The notes: a model not told the origin generated them from the letters alone. Positions 8,200 to 20,794 are shown, counted from the stretch's first letter. The stretch is DNA of 39,649 nt from an uncultured Actinomycetes bacterium (GCA_945957335.1 CAMFLJ010000001.1:1-39649), one strand, 5' to 3'. Program-made: numbers and translations.

Positions 8200-8289
8200 C
8201 AGGTCGAGGGCGTCGCGATCGCCGTTCTGGGCGGCGCGGACCAGCGCGTCGTCGTCGTGCTCGATGATGGGTCGAGGGTAGTGGCGGCC

Positions 8290-9864
<1,575 letters not shown>

Positions 9865-9886
9865 GGTCGTGCTCCGTCCGGCGCGG

Positions 9887-10726
9887 TCACCCCTTGAGGT
9901 AGCACATGCCGATCACGCCGGGGCCGCCGTGGGTGCCGATGACGGCACCGATCTTTCCCAGGCGGATCTGCTCTCGCGGGTAGCGCGAGGCGATCATGTC
10001 GAGGAACTCGTCGATGTCGGGTGCCTCGCCGTGGAGGACCGACAGCTCGGAGACGGAGGGCTCCTCGAAGAGCTTGTCGCGCAGCCAGGTGAGCGCGCGG
10101 GTGCGGGTGCGCTGCTTGCCGGCCTCCTCGACCGCCCCGTCGGCGATGTGGATGATCGGCTTCACCGACAGCATCGAGCCGAGGAGGGCCTTGGCGCTGC
10201 CGATGCGCCCGCCCTTCTTCAGGTTCTCGAGGGTGTCGAGCGCGCCGTAGATCTCGGTGCGCCCGACCATGGAGAGGACGAGCTGCTCCACGGCGTCGGC
10301 ATCGGCACCGTCGGCGGCCGCGGCCGCGGCGTCGAGCACCATCGTGCCGAGCCCGCCGGTGAGCGAGAGGCTGTCGATGACGCGGACGTCGAGCTGGCCC
10401 TCGAGCTCCTTGGCGGCGGTGCGGGCGGACTGCACGGTGGCCGAGAGAGCGCCGGAGAGGTTGACGCACACGACCGCGTCGGCCCCGGCCTCCGCGGCGG
10501 CGCGGAACTCCTGCTCGAAGCGGCCCGGCGAGGGGGCGGCGGTCTCGGGCAGCAGGCCGGTGGAGGCCATCTTGGCGTAGAAGTCCTCGACGCTGAGCTG
10601 CTCGCGGTCGACGTACTCGTCGTTTCCGAAGCGGATGCTGAGGGGCACCACGCCGATGCCGTGGGCCGAGGTCTCGGCCTCGGTCAGGTCGCACGAGCTG
10701 TCGGTGACGATGTGGACGCGGCTCAC
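9887..10726 (-). CDS. DegV family fatty-acid-binding protein
   Basis: 'VHIVTDSSCDL' N-terminus and 'TAAPSPGRF'. GTG 10726 is preceded by GGAGG and overlaps the upstream stop (GTGA). Confidence 0.9.
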   Translation of the reverse strand: MSRVHIVTDSSCDLTEAETSAHGIGVVPLSIRFGNDEYVDREQLSVEDFYAKMASTGLLPETAAPSPGRFEQEFRAAAEAGADAVVCVNLSGALSATVQSARTAAKELEGQLDVRVIDSLSLTGGLGTMVLDAAAAAADGADADAVEQLVLSMVGRTEIYGALDTLENLKKGGRIGSAKALLGSMLSVKPIIHIADGAVEEAGKQRTRTRALTWLRDKLFEEPSVSELSVLHGEAPDIDEFLDMIASRYPREQIRLGKIGAVIGTHGGPGVIGMCYLKG

Positions 10727-12900
10727 GGGCCCTCCAGTGGATCGGTGTCGAGCGCAGGTCGGCCGGCGTCGGGCGCGGGCGGCTCGGTCTGCGGCGGAGC
10801 GTAGCCACCTGGCTCGGTGCCCGACCGGGCGGGATGGTTCGACGCCACCAGCTTCCGGGCCCGGCGCGTGGTCCGGAAGTGCCGGGCCCACCACACGAGC
10901 AGGAAGAGCCCGGCGCCGATGGAGAGCACCAGGCCGACGCCCGAGATGGCGGTGGAGCGCACGGTGTAGGTGCTGGTCGCGACGGGCAGGTTGCCGTCGG
11001 CCGAGGTGATGGCGACGTCGAGCGGGAAGGCGCCCGAGGCGCGGGTCTCGACCTGGAGGTCGATGGTGGTGGTCTGGGCCGCAGGGAGCTCCTGATCGAT
11101 GATCGAGCCCTCGGGGAAGTCGAGCTTGGCGCTGCTGAGCACGATGCGGACCCGGGCCGGCACCGGCAGGCGGTTCTCGAGGTTCAGCGGGACCCGGCCC
11201 GACGACGAGGTGAGGGTGACGACCTGCTCGGGTGAGACCACGATCTCGCCGGTGATGGCGGAGGTCTGGGTGGAGGCCCCGGCGAGCATGGCGAGCTTCT
11301 CGTCGTTGCTGAGGTCACGCGAGCCGGACGACAGCACGGTGAGGGTGACCGGGTCGGTGACGGTCGGCGCGGAGGGCACCAGGCTGAGCAGGCCGGCGAG
11401 GGAGGTGCGGGCCGAGCGCAGGGCGGTGGGGTAGCGACCGAGGTCCGAGGGCGGAGCGGAGCGGTAGCCGCGCACGAGCGTGGACGAGCGGCCGTTGACC
11501 GTCGAGGTGGCCACCTGGGTGGTGGTGAACAGGTCGGCGACCGTGACGGGGCTGACGAGTGCCTCTCCCGCGCTGCCCGACGCGGCGCCGGTGGGGTCGG
11601 CGAGCCCGGCGAGCAGGGTCGAGAGGGCGGCCGGGTCGGCGGTGCCGGGGACGGCCACCGCCACGCCGTGGCCCGAACCGGTCTGGCTCAGCTGCAGCAT
11701 CGCCAGCTCGGCCAGGGCCCGGTGGCCGGCCAGCACGGGGTCGTCGGTGCCGACCAGCCGCGACGCGGTGCCCTCGTCGGCGACGACGGCCCTCACCGGG
11801 CCCGCGTCGCCGGCGTCGATCTCGAACTGGTCGGCGAAGGTGGTGGTGCGGGTGCGGTCGCTCAGCGCCTCCAGTTGCCCGGAGGGCACCACGACCGACG
11901 TGGCGCCCAGGCCCTTCAGGCGGGCGAGGGCGGCCTCGCTGACCGTGGGGTCGAGCACGGCGGTGGAGGTGTCGGGCTTGGCGGCGAGGAGCCCGACGAG
12001 GGTGCCGGTGCCGGCGGCGTACTGGTCGTCCATCTCGGTGCCGAGCCCGGCCGCCACCCAGGCGCCGGTGTCGATCGGGGCGTAGGGCGCGGCGAGGAGC
12101 TGGCGCGAGACCTTGCTCTGCAGGCCACCGAGCGCGCTCGTGCCGTCGGGCTGGGAGCGGTTCAGCAGCGAGAGCGACTCGGGCGACGGGGCGAGGGTGA
12201 GGGGCACGTCGGTGCGGTTCCCGACGACCTTGATGGTGGCGCCGAGGTCGGCTGCGGACGCCTCGTCGAGGCTGGGGGACCCGTCGTCGGCGACGGCGAC
12301 GTCGCCCTCGAGGGGCACGACGACGCCCACCGAGAGGCGCGCCTCGGGCGTGGAGCTGGGGGCGCCGAGCCGCAGGAGGGTGGTGGTGAGGTGGGCGATG
12401 GGCTCCCTCGAGCCGGCGGGGTACACCTGCACGACGAGGGGGTAGACGCCGGCGTTCGAGAGCTGCACCCCGTCGGGGGCGGTGGGCGGGCCGATGCTGA
12501 CGGGGAGCGTGACCACGAACGTGCCGTCGGCCGCCGAGGTGGCCTCGACGACCGTGCGGCGTGGGGTCGACCAGATCGGGCTCCCGAGGCCCTGGTCGGC
12601 GACGGCGCCGTCGAGAGCAGCCCGGGTGCGGACGCGGTTGTAGAGCTCGGCGCGCACCTCGGCCCCGGCGGGGATGCCGTCGCCGCGCAGTGCGATCTGG
12701 AACACGCCGTCGGGCCCGACCCACGCCGTCTGCTGCACGAGCGCGAGGGTGGGGGCGGCGGTGGCGCCCGACTGCGCCGCCGCGGGGATCGTGCCGGCGA
12801 GCGCGGCGGCCACCACCACGAGCGCGGCCAGGAGGGCGCCCAGCGCGACGAAGGGGGAGCGTGGGGGGCGGACGGCGTGGTGGCCCCTGTGCAGGCTCAC
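10723..12900 (-). CDS. Large secreted or membrane-anchored conserved protein, Rv3909-like (I believe catalogued as DUF6049)
   Basis: N-terminal signal/TM 'FVALGALLAALVVVAAALAG'. C-terminal TM 'GVGLVLSIGAGLFLLVWWARHF'. Sits between the sigma/kinase genes and the cca region, as Rv3909 does. GTG 12900 overlaps the GNAT stop. Confidence 0.7.
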   Translation of the reverse strand: MSLHRGHHAVRPPRSPFVALGALLAALVVVAAALAGTIPAAAQSGATAAPTLALVQQTAWVGPDGVFQIALRGDGIPAGAEVRAELYNRVRTRAALDGAVADQGLGSPIWSTPRRTVVEATSAADGTFVVTLPVSIGPPTAPDGVQLSNAGVYPLVVQVYPAGSREPIAHLTTTLLRLGAPSSTPEARLSVGVVVPLEGDVAVADDGSPSLDEASAADLGATIKVVGNRTDVPLTLAPSPESLSLLNRSQPDGTSALGGLQSKVSRQLLAAPYAPIDTGAWVAAGLGTEMDDQYAAGTGTLVGLLAAKPDTSTAVLDPTVSEAALARLKGLGATSVVVPSGQLEALSDRTRTTTFADQFEIDAGDAGPVRAVVADEGTASRLVGTDDPVLAGHRALAELAMLQLSQTGSGHGVAVAVPGTADPAALSTLLAGLADPTGAASGSAGEALVSPVTVADLFTTTQVATSTVNGRSSTLVRGYRSAPPSDLGRYPTALRSARTSLAGLLSLVPSAPTVTDPVTLTVLSSGSRDLSNDEKLAMLAGASTQTSAITGEIVVSPEQVVTLTSSSGRVPLNLENRLPVPARVRIVLSSAKLDFPEGSIIDQELPAAQTTTIDLQVETRASGAFPLDVAITSADGNLPVATSTYTVRSTAISGVGLVLSIGAGLFLLVWWARHFRTTRRARKLVASNHPARSGTEPGGYAPPQTEPPAPDAGRPALDTDPLEGP

Positions 12901-13619
12901 CTCGCCGGTCCGTCGTCGAGGGGGAGCTCGAGCACGGCCAGGCCGGTGGGCTCGGTGCGGAAGCCGAGGTGCTCGTAGAGGCGCAGGGCGCGGCGGTTGC
13001 CCTCCTGGGTGTTGACCAGCACCGACGCGCAGCCCTTGCGGCGGCACCAGTCGAGCGAGTCACCCACGAGGGCGGTGCCTATGCCACGCCCGTGGAGGTC
13101 GGGGTGGACGGCGAGGCGCTGGAGGTAGCCGAGGGTGCCGGCCCGCCCGGTGACGTGGTAGCCGACCACGCGGCCGTCCACGGTGGCGACGCGGAAGCGG
13201 GCGTGGGGGGTGGCGGTGCGGGCGTCGGCGAGGCCGGGCGCGTCGAAGCGCCAGAACCGGTCGAAGGCCAGCCCGTCGACGGCGAGGACGTCGGTGATGT
13301 CGCGCTGGCGGCCGCGGCGCAGGCGGGTGCCGGGGGCGCGGGGCTCGGGCACGCGGCGCAGGTCGTGGCCGAGGAGGTGCAGGCGCTCGTGCACGGTGAA
13401 GCCGATGGCGGCGAACGGCGGCTGCTCGATGGCGGTGAGCGCGGGGGTGAGCACCGAGCGGTAGCCGCGGGCCCGCAGCTCATCGAGCGCGCGCGCCAGC
13501 CCCGACGAGCTCGGGGTGATGCCCGGGGTCGGGCTCAGGAGCGCGACGGAAGGGTCCCCGCGCCACGAGCCGATCCGCAGGCGGTCGGCGCCCCCGGTGA
13601 TGGTGTCGAGTCGTCGCAT
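12897..13619 (-). CDS. GNAT family N-acetyltransferase
   Basis: Acetyl-CoA motif 'LAVHPDLHGRGIGTALV' and 'NTQEGNRRALRLYEHLGF'. Confidence 0.8.
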   Translation of the reverse strand: MRRLDTITGGADRLRIGSWRGDPSVALLSPTPGITPSSSGLARALDELRARGYRSVLTPALTAIEQPPFAAIGFTVHERLHLLGHDLRRVPEPRAPGTRLRRGRQRDITDVLAVDGLAFDRFWRFDAPGLADARTATPHARFRVATVDGRVVGYHVTGRAGTLGYLQRLAVHPDLHGRGIGTALVGDSLDWCRRKGCASVLVNTQEGNRRALRLYEHLGFRTEPTGLAVLELPLDDGPAR

Positions 13620-13720
13620 GGCCGTGGCGCGAGCCTACGACCGATCGCGTTCGCGACCCGGGCGTGCGCGGGTCGATCGGCCCTGGGGAGCGCCACGGGC
13701 CCGGGGATAGCGTGGCCGCC

Positions 13721-14731
13721 GTGACGATCCTGCTCGCGGTGCACCCGCAGTTCCTGCTGCACGACACCGGCCCGGGCCACCCCGAGCGCCCGGCTCGGCT
13801 CACCGCGGTCATGGAGGGCATCGACGCCGCCGGGCTGCGCGCCGCCATCGTCCGCTTCGAGCCCGGTCCGGCGCCCTGGGACCTCATCGAGAAGGTGCAC
13901 CCGGGGCGCTACCTGCTGGCCCTCGAGGAGTTCAGCGCCATGGGCGGCGGCCACCTCGACGGCGACACGGTGGTGTCGGAGGACTCCTTCGCCGCCCTGC
14001 TGCGCGCTGCCGGTGCCGGCCTCGACGCCGTGGCCCGCCTCGACGCCGGCGAGGGCGACTACGCCTTCTGCGCGGTGCGGCCCCCCGGCCACCACGCCAC
14101 GCCCCGTCAGGCGATGGGGTTCTGCCTGGTCAACAACGTGGCCGTCACCGCCATGGCCCTGGCCGACCGCGGCGAGCGGGTGCTGATCGTCGACTACGAC
14201 GCCCACCACGGCAACGGCACCCAGGACGTCTTCTTCCGCGACCCCCGGGTCCTCTACGTGTCGATGCACGAGTACCCGCTCTACCCCGGCACGGGCGCGC
14301 TCGAGGAGGTCGGCTGGGGCGAGGGCGCCGGCTACACGATCAACTTCCCGTTCCCCCGTGGCACCACCGGCGACGCCTACCGCCTCGCGATCGACGAGGT
14401 CGTGCGCCCGGTCGTCGAGTCGTGGCAGCCGACCTGGCTGTTGATCTCGGCCGGGTTCGACGCCCACCGCCGCGACCCCCTCACCGGCCTGGCGCTCACC
14501 GCCGGCGACTACGCCGACCTCACCCGTGAGCTCGCCGGCCTCGTGCCGAAGGGCCGCTGCGTCGTCTACCTCGAGGGGGGCTACGACCTCGAGGCGCTCA
14601 GCTCGTGCACGGGCGCGGCGCTGGCCGCGCTGGTCGACGTCGACCACCGCCCCGAGGCGGCCTCGAGCGGTGGCCCCGGGCGCACCGTGGTCGACGCCGT
14701 CGCCCACCTCCGGGCCGCGCACCCGCACTGA
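13721..14731 (+). CDS. Histone deacetylase-family (AcuC/HDAC-like) deacetylase
   Basis: 'VRPPGHHA', 'DYDAHHGNGTQDVFF', 'EGGYDL'. Start chosen at GTG 13721 ('VTILLAVHP'); the ORF track starts at 13664. Confidence 0.9.
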   Translation: MTILLAVHPQFLLHDTGPGHPERPARLTAVMEGIDAAGLRAAIVRFEPGPAPWDLIEKVHPGRYLLALEEFSAMGGGHLDGDTVVSEDSFAALLRAAGAGLDAVARLDAGEGDYAFCAVRPPGHHATPRQAMGFCLVNNVAVTAMALADRGERVLIVDYDAHHGNGTQDVFFRDPRVLYVSMHEYPLYPGTGALEEVGWGEGAGYTINFPFPRGTTGDAYRLAIDEVVRPVVESWQPTWLLISAGFDAHRRDPLTGLALTAGDYADLTRELAGLVPKGRCVVYLEGGYDLEALSSCTGAALAALVDVDHRPEAASSGGPGRTVVDAVAHLRAAHPH

Positions 14732-14746
14732 CCCCGCCGGGCCGCG

Positions 14747-16171
14747 GTGGCGGCACCGGTAGCCTCGTCGCCCGTGATCCCCGACCGGTTGCGCCCCGTC
14801 CTCGAGCGCACGACCCCGCTGGCCGAGCGCTTCGCCGCGTCCGGCCACCGGATCTACCTGGTCGGCGGCGTCGTGCGCGACCTGCTGCTCGGCCGCGACA
14901 TGTCGACGGGGCGCGACATCGACCTCACCACCGACGCCCGCCCCGAGGAGACCAAGCGCCTGGTCAAGGGCTGGGCCGACTCGGTGTGGACCCAGGGCGA
15001 GCGCTTCGGCACCATCGGCTGCCGCAAGGACGGGTGGGACTTCGAGATCACCACCCACCGGGCCGAGGCCTACGACCCCGACTCGCGCAAGCCCGTCGTC
15101 GAGTTCTCCGACGCCATCGAGGCGGACCTGTCGCGCCGCGACTTCACGGTGAACGCGATGGCCCTCGCCCTGCCCGAGCCGGTGCTGATCGACCCCTTCG
15201 GCGGCGCCGACGACCTCGCCGCCGGGCGCCTGCGCACGCCGCTCTCGCCCGAGGTCTCCTTCTCCGACGACCCGCTGCGCATGCTGCGCGCCGCCCGGTT
15301 CATCGCCGGCTACGGCCTCGAGCCGGTGCCGGAGCTCACCGCCGCGGTGGAGGCCATGGCCGACCGGATCGAGATCGTGTCGGCCGAGCGCATCCGCGAC
15401 GAGTTCGACAAGCTGATCGTGGTCGACGACCCGAGCGCCGGCCTGTGGTTCCTGGCCGACACCGGCCTCATCGACCGGTTCCTCCCCGAGTTCGGCAAGA
15501 TGCGCCTCGAGCAGGACCCGATCCACCGCCACAAGGACGTGCTCACCCACACCATCGCGGTGGTGGCCAAGACCAGGCCCGACCGCCTGGTGCGCCTCGG
15601 GGCGCTCTACCACGACGTCGGCAAGCCCCGGACCCGCTCGATCGGCGACGCCGGCGTGTCGTTCCACCACCACGAGGTCGTCGGCGCCCGCATGACCCGC
15701 GAGCGCATGAAGGCCCTGAAGTACTCCACCGACGACATCGAGGCGGTGAGCCGCCTGGTGTTCCTCCACCTGCGGTTCCACACCTACAAGATGGGCTGGA
15801 CCGACTCGGCCGTCCGCCGCTTCGTGCGCGACGCCGACGACCTGCTGCCCGAGCTGATCGAGCTCACCCGTTGCGACTGCACCACCCGCAACGAGAAGAA
15901 GGCCCGGGCGCTCTCGCGGCGGATGGACGAGCTCGAGGAGCGCATCGCCGAGCTCCAGGCCCGCGAGGAGCTCAAGTCGATCCGGCCCGACCTCGACGGC
16001 AACCAGGTGATGGCCCACCTCGGGCTCGCTCCCGGCCGTGACGTGGGCGAGGCGCTCGACTTCCTGCTCGAGCTGCGCCTCGAGGAGGGCCCGCTCGGCA
16101 CCGACGAGGCCTACGAGCGCCTCGACGCCTGGTGGGCCGAGCGCCAGGCCGCCGCCGGCAGCACCGCCTGA
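14747..16171 (+). CDS. cca: CCA tRNA nucleotidyltransferase / poly(A) polymerase family (PcnA-like) with HD domain
   Basis: 'YLVGGVVRDLLLGR...DIDLTT', 'RRDFTVNAMA', HD region 'HRHKDVLTHT...YHDVGKP'. Confidence 0.9.
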   Translation: MAAPVASSPVIPDRLRPVLERTTPLAERFAASGHRIYLVGGVVRDLLLGRDMSTGRDIDLTTDARPEETKRLVKGWADSVWTQGERFGTIGCRKDGWDFEITTHRAEAYDPDSRKPVVEFSDAIEADLSRRDFTVNAMALALPEPVLIDPFGGADDLAAGRLRTPLSPEVSFSDDPLRMLRAARFIAGYGLEPVPELTAAVEAMADRIEIVSAERIRDEFDKLIVVDDPSAGLWFLADTGLIDRFLPEFGKMRLEQDPIHRHKDVLTHTIAVVAKTRPDRLVRLGALYHDVGKPRTRSIGDAGVSFHHHEVVGARMTRERMKALKYSTDDIEAVSRLVFLHLRFHTYKMGWTDSAVRRFVRDADDLLPELIELTRCDCTTRNEKKARALSRRMDELEERIAELQAREELKSIRPDLDGNQVMAHLGLAPGRDVGEALDFLLELRLEEGPLGTDEAYERLDAWWAERQAAAGSTA

Positions 16172-16181
16172 GGCGGTCGGG

Positions 16182-16955
16182 TCAGACGCCGTCCTTGCGG
16201 CCCCGCACCACGAGGGTGGCGGGCACGAGGCTCATGGTCTCGGTCCAGAACGGGCTCGGCAGGTCGTGCTCGACGGGCGGCTCGAGCAGGGCGTCGACGC
16301 GGAAGTTGGCCCGGCCGAACGACGAGAACACGTCGGCCACCGTGCGGGGGTGCACGCGGTCGTCCCCGACGGCGCGCGAGGCCCGGTCGGCATAGGGGCG
16401 GCGCACCCGGGGCGGGCCGGGCTCGGTGTCGTCGAGCATCAGGAACGCCGGGTGGGGCAGCGAGCACACCAGCGCGGAGCCGGTGCGCAGCACCCGGTTG
16501 ACCTGGCGCAGCACGCGGTCGAGGTCGTCGACCCGGCCCAGCTCGTGGGCCGAGAGGGCGGCGTCGATGGTGTCGGCCCGCACGAACGCCAGCTCGGCGA
16601 GGTCGCCGTGGTGCAGCTCGAGCTTGACCTCGTGGGCGTCGGCCAGCCCTCGGGCGGCGTCGAGGCGGTCGAGGTGGCCGTCGACGACGATCACGTGGGC
16701 GCCCTGCCCGGCGAGGGCCACCGCGGTGTGGCCGTGGCCGGCGCCGAGCACCAGCACCCGCTTGCCCTCGGTGGGGCCGAGGAGGCGCAGCGCGGACTCG
16801 TCCGGGATGTCCGGGCCGTAGCTGACGACGTCGACGGGGAGCTCGGCGTCGGCCGGGAAGGCGGCGACGGGGAGGGGTGGCGACGTGGAGAAGAGGGCCG
16901 GCTCGTTCACCCGGCCAGTCTCCCGCGGTGCGCCCGCGGGCCGGTGGACCGGCAT
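16182..16955 (-). CDS. Class I SAM-dependent methyltransferase (probable)
   Basis: Motif I-like 'RVLVLGAGHGHTAVALA' and post-I 'VIVVDG'. Alternative GTG start at 16910. Confidence 0.6.
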   Translation of the reverse strand: MPVHRPAGAPRETGRVNEPALFSTSPPLPVAAFPADAELPVDVVSYGPDIPDESALRLLGPTEGKRVLVLGAGHGHTAVALAGQGAHVIVVDGHLDRLDAARGLADAHEVKLELHHGDLAELAFVRADTIDAALSAHELGRVDDLDRVLRQVNRVLRTGSALVCSLPHPAFLMLDDTEPGPPRVRRPYADRASRAVGDDRVHPRTVADVFSSFGRANFRVDALLEPPVEHDLPSPFWTETMSLVPATLVVRGRKDGV

Positions 16956-17063
16956 CCGGCTCCCGACGACCGCCCGCGCCCTCCTCGGTCGTTCGACCGT
17001 GCGCGGCTCCTCCGGTGCGGCGTGTCGCTACCCTCGGGTGCCGTGAGCTTCGGACCGGGATCG

Positions 17064-17447
17064 ATGCGCGGCGCACCCTCCGGTGCGCCCGGCGAGGTCG
17101 ACTACCGGCTCGCGCGCCAGCACCTGATCTCCGAATACCGCAAGGGCCGGCTCGCCCAGCACGAGGTCTGCGACGCCCACCCCGAGCTCGTGCGCGCCGC
17201 CCGGGAGGCCTCGCAGCCGTCCGACCGCGACTGCCCGATCTGCGAGGACGAGAAGCTGGTGCTCGTCTCCTACGTCTTCGGCCCCCGGCTGCCCAGCCAC
17301 GGGCGCTGCATCACCACGGCCAAGGAGCTCAAGGACCTCTCCCGCCGCCAGGGCGAGTACGCCTGCTACGTGGTCGAGGTGTGCCCCGGCTGCAGCTGGA
17401 ACCACCTGGCCCGCACGTTCATCCTCAACCCCGCCCGCTCGGCCTAG
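17064..17447 (+). CDS. Conserved actinobacterial zinc-ribbon protein (Rv0049-like, DUF5318)
   Basis: 'CPICEDEKL' and 'CPGCSWNHL' Cys pairs. Lies immediately upstream of the class A PBP, as Rv0049 lies next to ponA1. Alternative GTG start at 17043. Confidence 0.75.
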   Translation: MRGAPSGAPGEVDYRLARQHLISEYRKGRLAQHEVCDAHPELVRAAREASQPSDRDCPICEDEKLVLVSYVFGPRLPSHGRCITTAKELKDLSRRQGEYACYVVEVCPGCSWNHLARTFILNPARSA

Positions 17448-17573
17448 GCCCGTGCCGTGCCGGGTAGGGGGGCTCGTCGCGGCGTTTCCTTCGCTCTGCG
17501 TTATGTCGTCCGACAGAGACTGACCGGACGCCCGCCCGCAGGTCGCCTTCCCACGGAGCTCTGACCCACCCCC

Positions 17574-19826
17574 ATGTCCCCCCGATCCACCGGCGCCGCC
17601 GGGTCCGACGCCTCGCGACGGGCCAAGAACGCGCGCAGCGCCCGGCGCCAGGACCTCAAGCCCAACGGCAAGCGCCGCAGCATCATCTGGCGCATGCGCC
17701 GGGTGTTCTACGCCGTCGGCCTGGTCTTCGTCCTCGTCATCGCCGGCGCCGGCTACCTGTTCACCCAGGTGCCGCTCCCGGCCGAGGACCCGCCGCTGTT
17801 GCAGACCTCGTTCTTCTGCTCGTCGGAGGTCACCAGCGGTTGTGGCGCCGACAACTCGATCGCCCAGCTGTCGGGCACCGAGGACCGCATCGCCGTCACC
17901 TACGACCAGATCCCGCCGGTGCTGGTGTCGGCCGTGCTCGCCGCCGAGGACCGCACGTTCTACGACCACGGCGGCGTCGACCCGGTCGGCATCGTCCGGG
18001 CCCTGTGGGCGAACCTGCGCAGCGACTCGGTGCAGCAGGGCGGCTCGACGATCACCCAGCAGTACGTGAAGAACGTCTACCTGACCCAGGAGCGCACCCT
18101 CACCCGCAAGGTGAAGGAGGCGGCCCTGGCGGTGAAGCTCGAGCGCGAGCTCCCGAAGCAGGAGATCCTCACCCGCTACCTCAACACCATCTACTTCGGC
18201 CGGGGCGCCTACGGCGTCGAGGCCGCCTCGCGGGCCTACTTCGGCAAGTCGGTCGGCGACATCACGTTGCCCGAGGCCGCCTACCTGGCCGGGCTGATCC
18301 GCTCGCCCGAGACCGCCGACGCCCAGCTCCCCGCCACCGACCCGAAGGCCGGCACCAACCGCGCCACCGCGGTGCAGCGCCGCAACTCGGTGCTGCAGGC
18401 GATGGTCGAGACCGGCGACATCACCCAGGCCCAGTACGACGAGTTCTCCCAGCTCGGCTGGGACGACGTGCTGCCCCGCTCCACCAAGACGATCTTCGGC
18501 CGGGTCTCGCACCCCGAGTGGGGCACCGAGTACTGGATCGAGTACGTGCGCCACTGGCTGGTGCAGCCCGAGTCGGCCGGCGGCCCCGGGTTCACCGACG
18601 CCGAGGTCTACGGCGGTGGCCTGCGGGTGTACACGACGCTCGACATGGCCAACCAGGAGGAGGCGGTCAACGCCATCGACTCCACCATGAACCAGCCCGG
18701 TGACCCGGCCGCGGCGCTCGTGTCGATCGACGACACCGGTGCCGTGCGCGCCATGGTGGGTGGCCAGGGCTACGACTCGGGCAGCTCCTACGCCAAGGTG
18801 AACCTGGCCGTCGGCGCGGCGGGCGGCGGCGGCGGTCGCCAGGCGGGCTCGTCGTTCAAGATGTTCACCCTCGCCGAGGCCATGAACCAGGGCGTCCCCC
18901 TGTCCAAGACCTACAACGCCCCCTCGAAGATCACGATCAAGGGCGCCGACGCCGGCAAGGACTACGTCGTGGGCAACTACGCCGACGCGGGCCTCGGCAC
19001 CCTCGATCTCGTCCAGGCGACGGCCAAGTCGTCGAACACCGCCTACGTGCAGCTCATGCAGGACGTCGGCCCCGAGAACGTGGTGGCCCTCGCCAAGCGC
19101 ATGGGGATCACCACCGAGCTCAACCCCGACCTCTCGCTCACCCTCGGCACCGCCGACGTCTCGGTCCTCGACATGGCGTCGGCGTACTCGACCCTGGCCG
19201 ACGGCGGCGAGCACCGCCCGGACTACGTCGTCTCCAAGGTCACCGACGCCTTCGGCAACGTGCTGTGGGAGCATGACACCAAGAGCGACCGCGTGCTCTC
19301 CGACGACGTCACCGCCAACGTGAACTACGCCCTCAGCCAGGTCGTCGAGGCGGGCACAGGCACCGCCGCCAAGATCGGCCAGCCGGTGGCCGGCAAGACC
19401 GGCACCACCGAGAACTACCGCGACGCCTGGTTCGCCGGGTTCACCTGCAAGCTCACCACCGTCGTCTGGATGGGCTACCCCGACGTCAACGCCGACGGCT
19501 CGACCAAGTTCATGAAGTCGGTGCACGGCAAGTCGGTCACGGGTGGTTCGTTCCCCACCCAGATCTGGCAGAAGTACATGGCCAAGGCCACCGTCGGGCT
19601 CGACTCGTGCCCGTTCCCGAGACCGGCCGACAAGCCCGCGACACCGGGCACGGGCACGGTGCTGACCGGCCCCACCACGACGGCGACGACGGCCCCGCCC
19701 ACCACCGAGGCGCCGGCCTCGTCGACCACCCTGGCGCCCACGACCACCACGACGCGGCCGCCCACCACCACCACGACGAAGCCGCCGACCACCACCACGA
19801 CGGCGCCCAAGCCGCCGGGGGGCTGA
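17574..19826 (+). CDS. ponA: Class A penicillin-binding protein (transglycosylase/transpeptidase) with Pro/Thr-rich C-terminal tail
   Basis: Glycosyltransferase motifs 'EDRTFYDHGGVD', 'GGSTITQQ', 'RKVKEA'. Transpeptidase motifs 'SSFK', 'SSN', 'KTGT'. Tail 'TTTTTRPPTTTTTKPPTTTTTAPKPP'. Confidence 0.95.
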   Translation: MSPRSTGAAGSDASRRAKNARSARRQDLKPNGKRRSIIWRMRRVFYAVGLVFVLVIAGAGYLFTQVPLPAEDPPLLQTSFFCSSEVTSGCGADNSIAQLSGTEDRIAVTYDQIPPVLVSAVLAAEDRTFYDHGGVDPVGIVRALWANLRSDSVQQGGSTITQQYVKNVYLTQERTLTRKVKEAALAVKLERELPKQEILTRYLNTIYFGRGAYGVEAASRAYFGKSVGDITLPEAAYLAGLIRSPETADAQLPATDPKAGTNRATAVQRRNSVLQAMVETGDITQAQYDEFSQLGWDDVLPRSTKTIFGRVSHPEWGTEYWIEYVRHWLVQPESAGGPGFTDAEVYGGGLRVYTTLDMANQEEAVNAIDSTMNQPGDPAAALVSIDDTGAVRAMVGGQGYDSGSSYAKVNLAVGAAGGGGGRQAGSSFKMFTLAEAMNQGVPLSKTYNAPSKITIKGADAGKDYVVGNYADAGLGTLDLVQATAKSSNTAYVQLMQDVGPENVVALAKRMGITTELNPDLSLTLGTADVSVLDMASAYSTLADGGEHRPDYVVSKVTDAFGNVLWEHDTKSDRVLSDDVTANVNYALSQVVEAGTGTAAKIGQPVAGKTGTTENYRDAWFAGFTCKLTTVVWMGYPDVNADGSTKFMKSVHGKSVTGGSFPTQIWQKYMAKATVGLDSCPFPRPADKPATPGTGTVLTGPTTTATTAPPTTEAPASSTTLAPTTTTTRPPTTTTTKPPTTTTTAPKPPGG

Positions 19827-19936
19827 CCCGGCCCGGGGCCGCACCGACGCGACCTTTGCCGTGGGCGGTCGCCCCCGCTAGCGTTCCGATCACCGCCGGT
19901 AGCCGAGGGGCACTGGACGGGAAACAGGAGGCTCTC

Positions 19937-20790
<854 letters not shown>

Positions 20791-20794
<4 letters not shown>

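Noticed and set aside
10711-10719. GTCCACA DnaA-box core (reverse strand) at the DegV start
   Set aside because: It is a single 7/9 match inside coding sequence, with no cluster.
13535-16018. 827-aa minus-strand ORF covering the HDAC and cca genes
   Set aside because: It is antisense to two genes with clear catalytic motifs. It has an Arg/Gly/Ala/Val/His-rich composition and no recognisable domain. This is a typical high-GC shadow ORF.
17028-19844. 938-aa minus-strand ORF antisense to the class A PBP
   Set aside because: Same reasoning. The plus-strand PBP has every glycosyltransferase and transpeptidase motif, and the antisense product is low-complexity.
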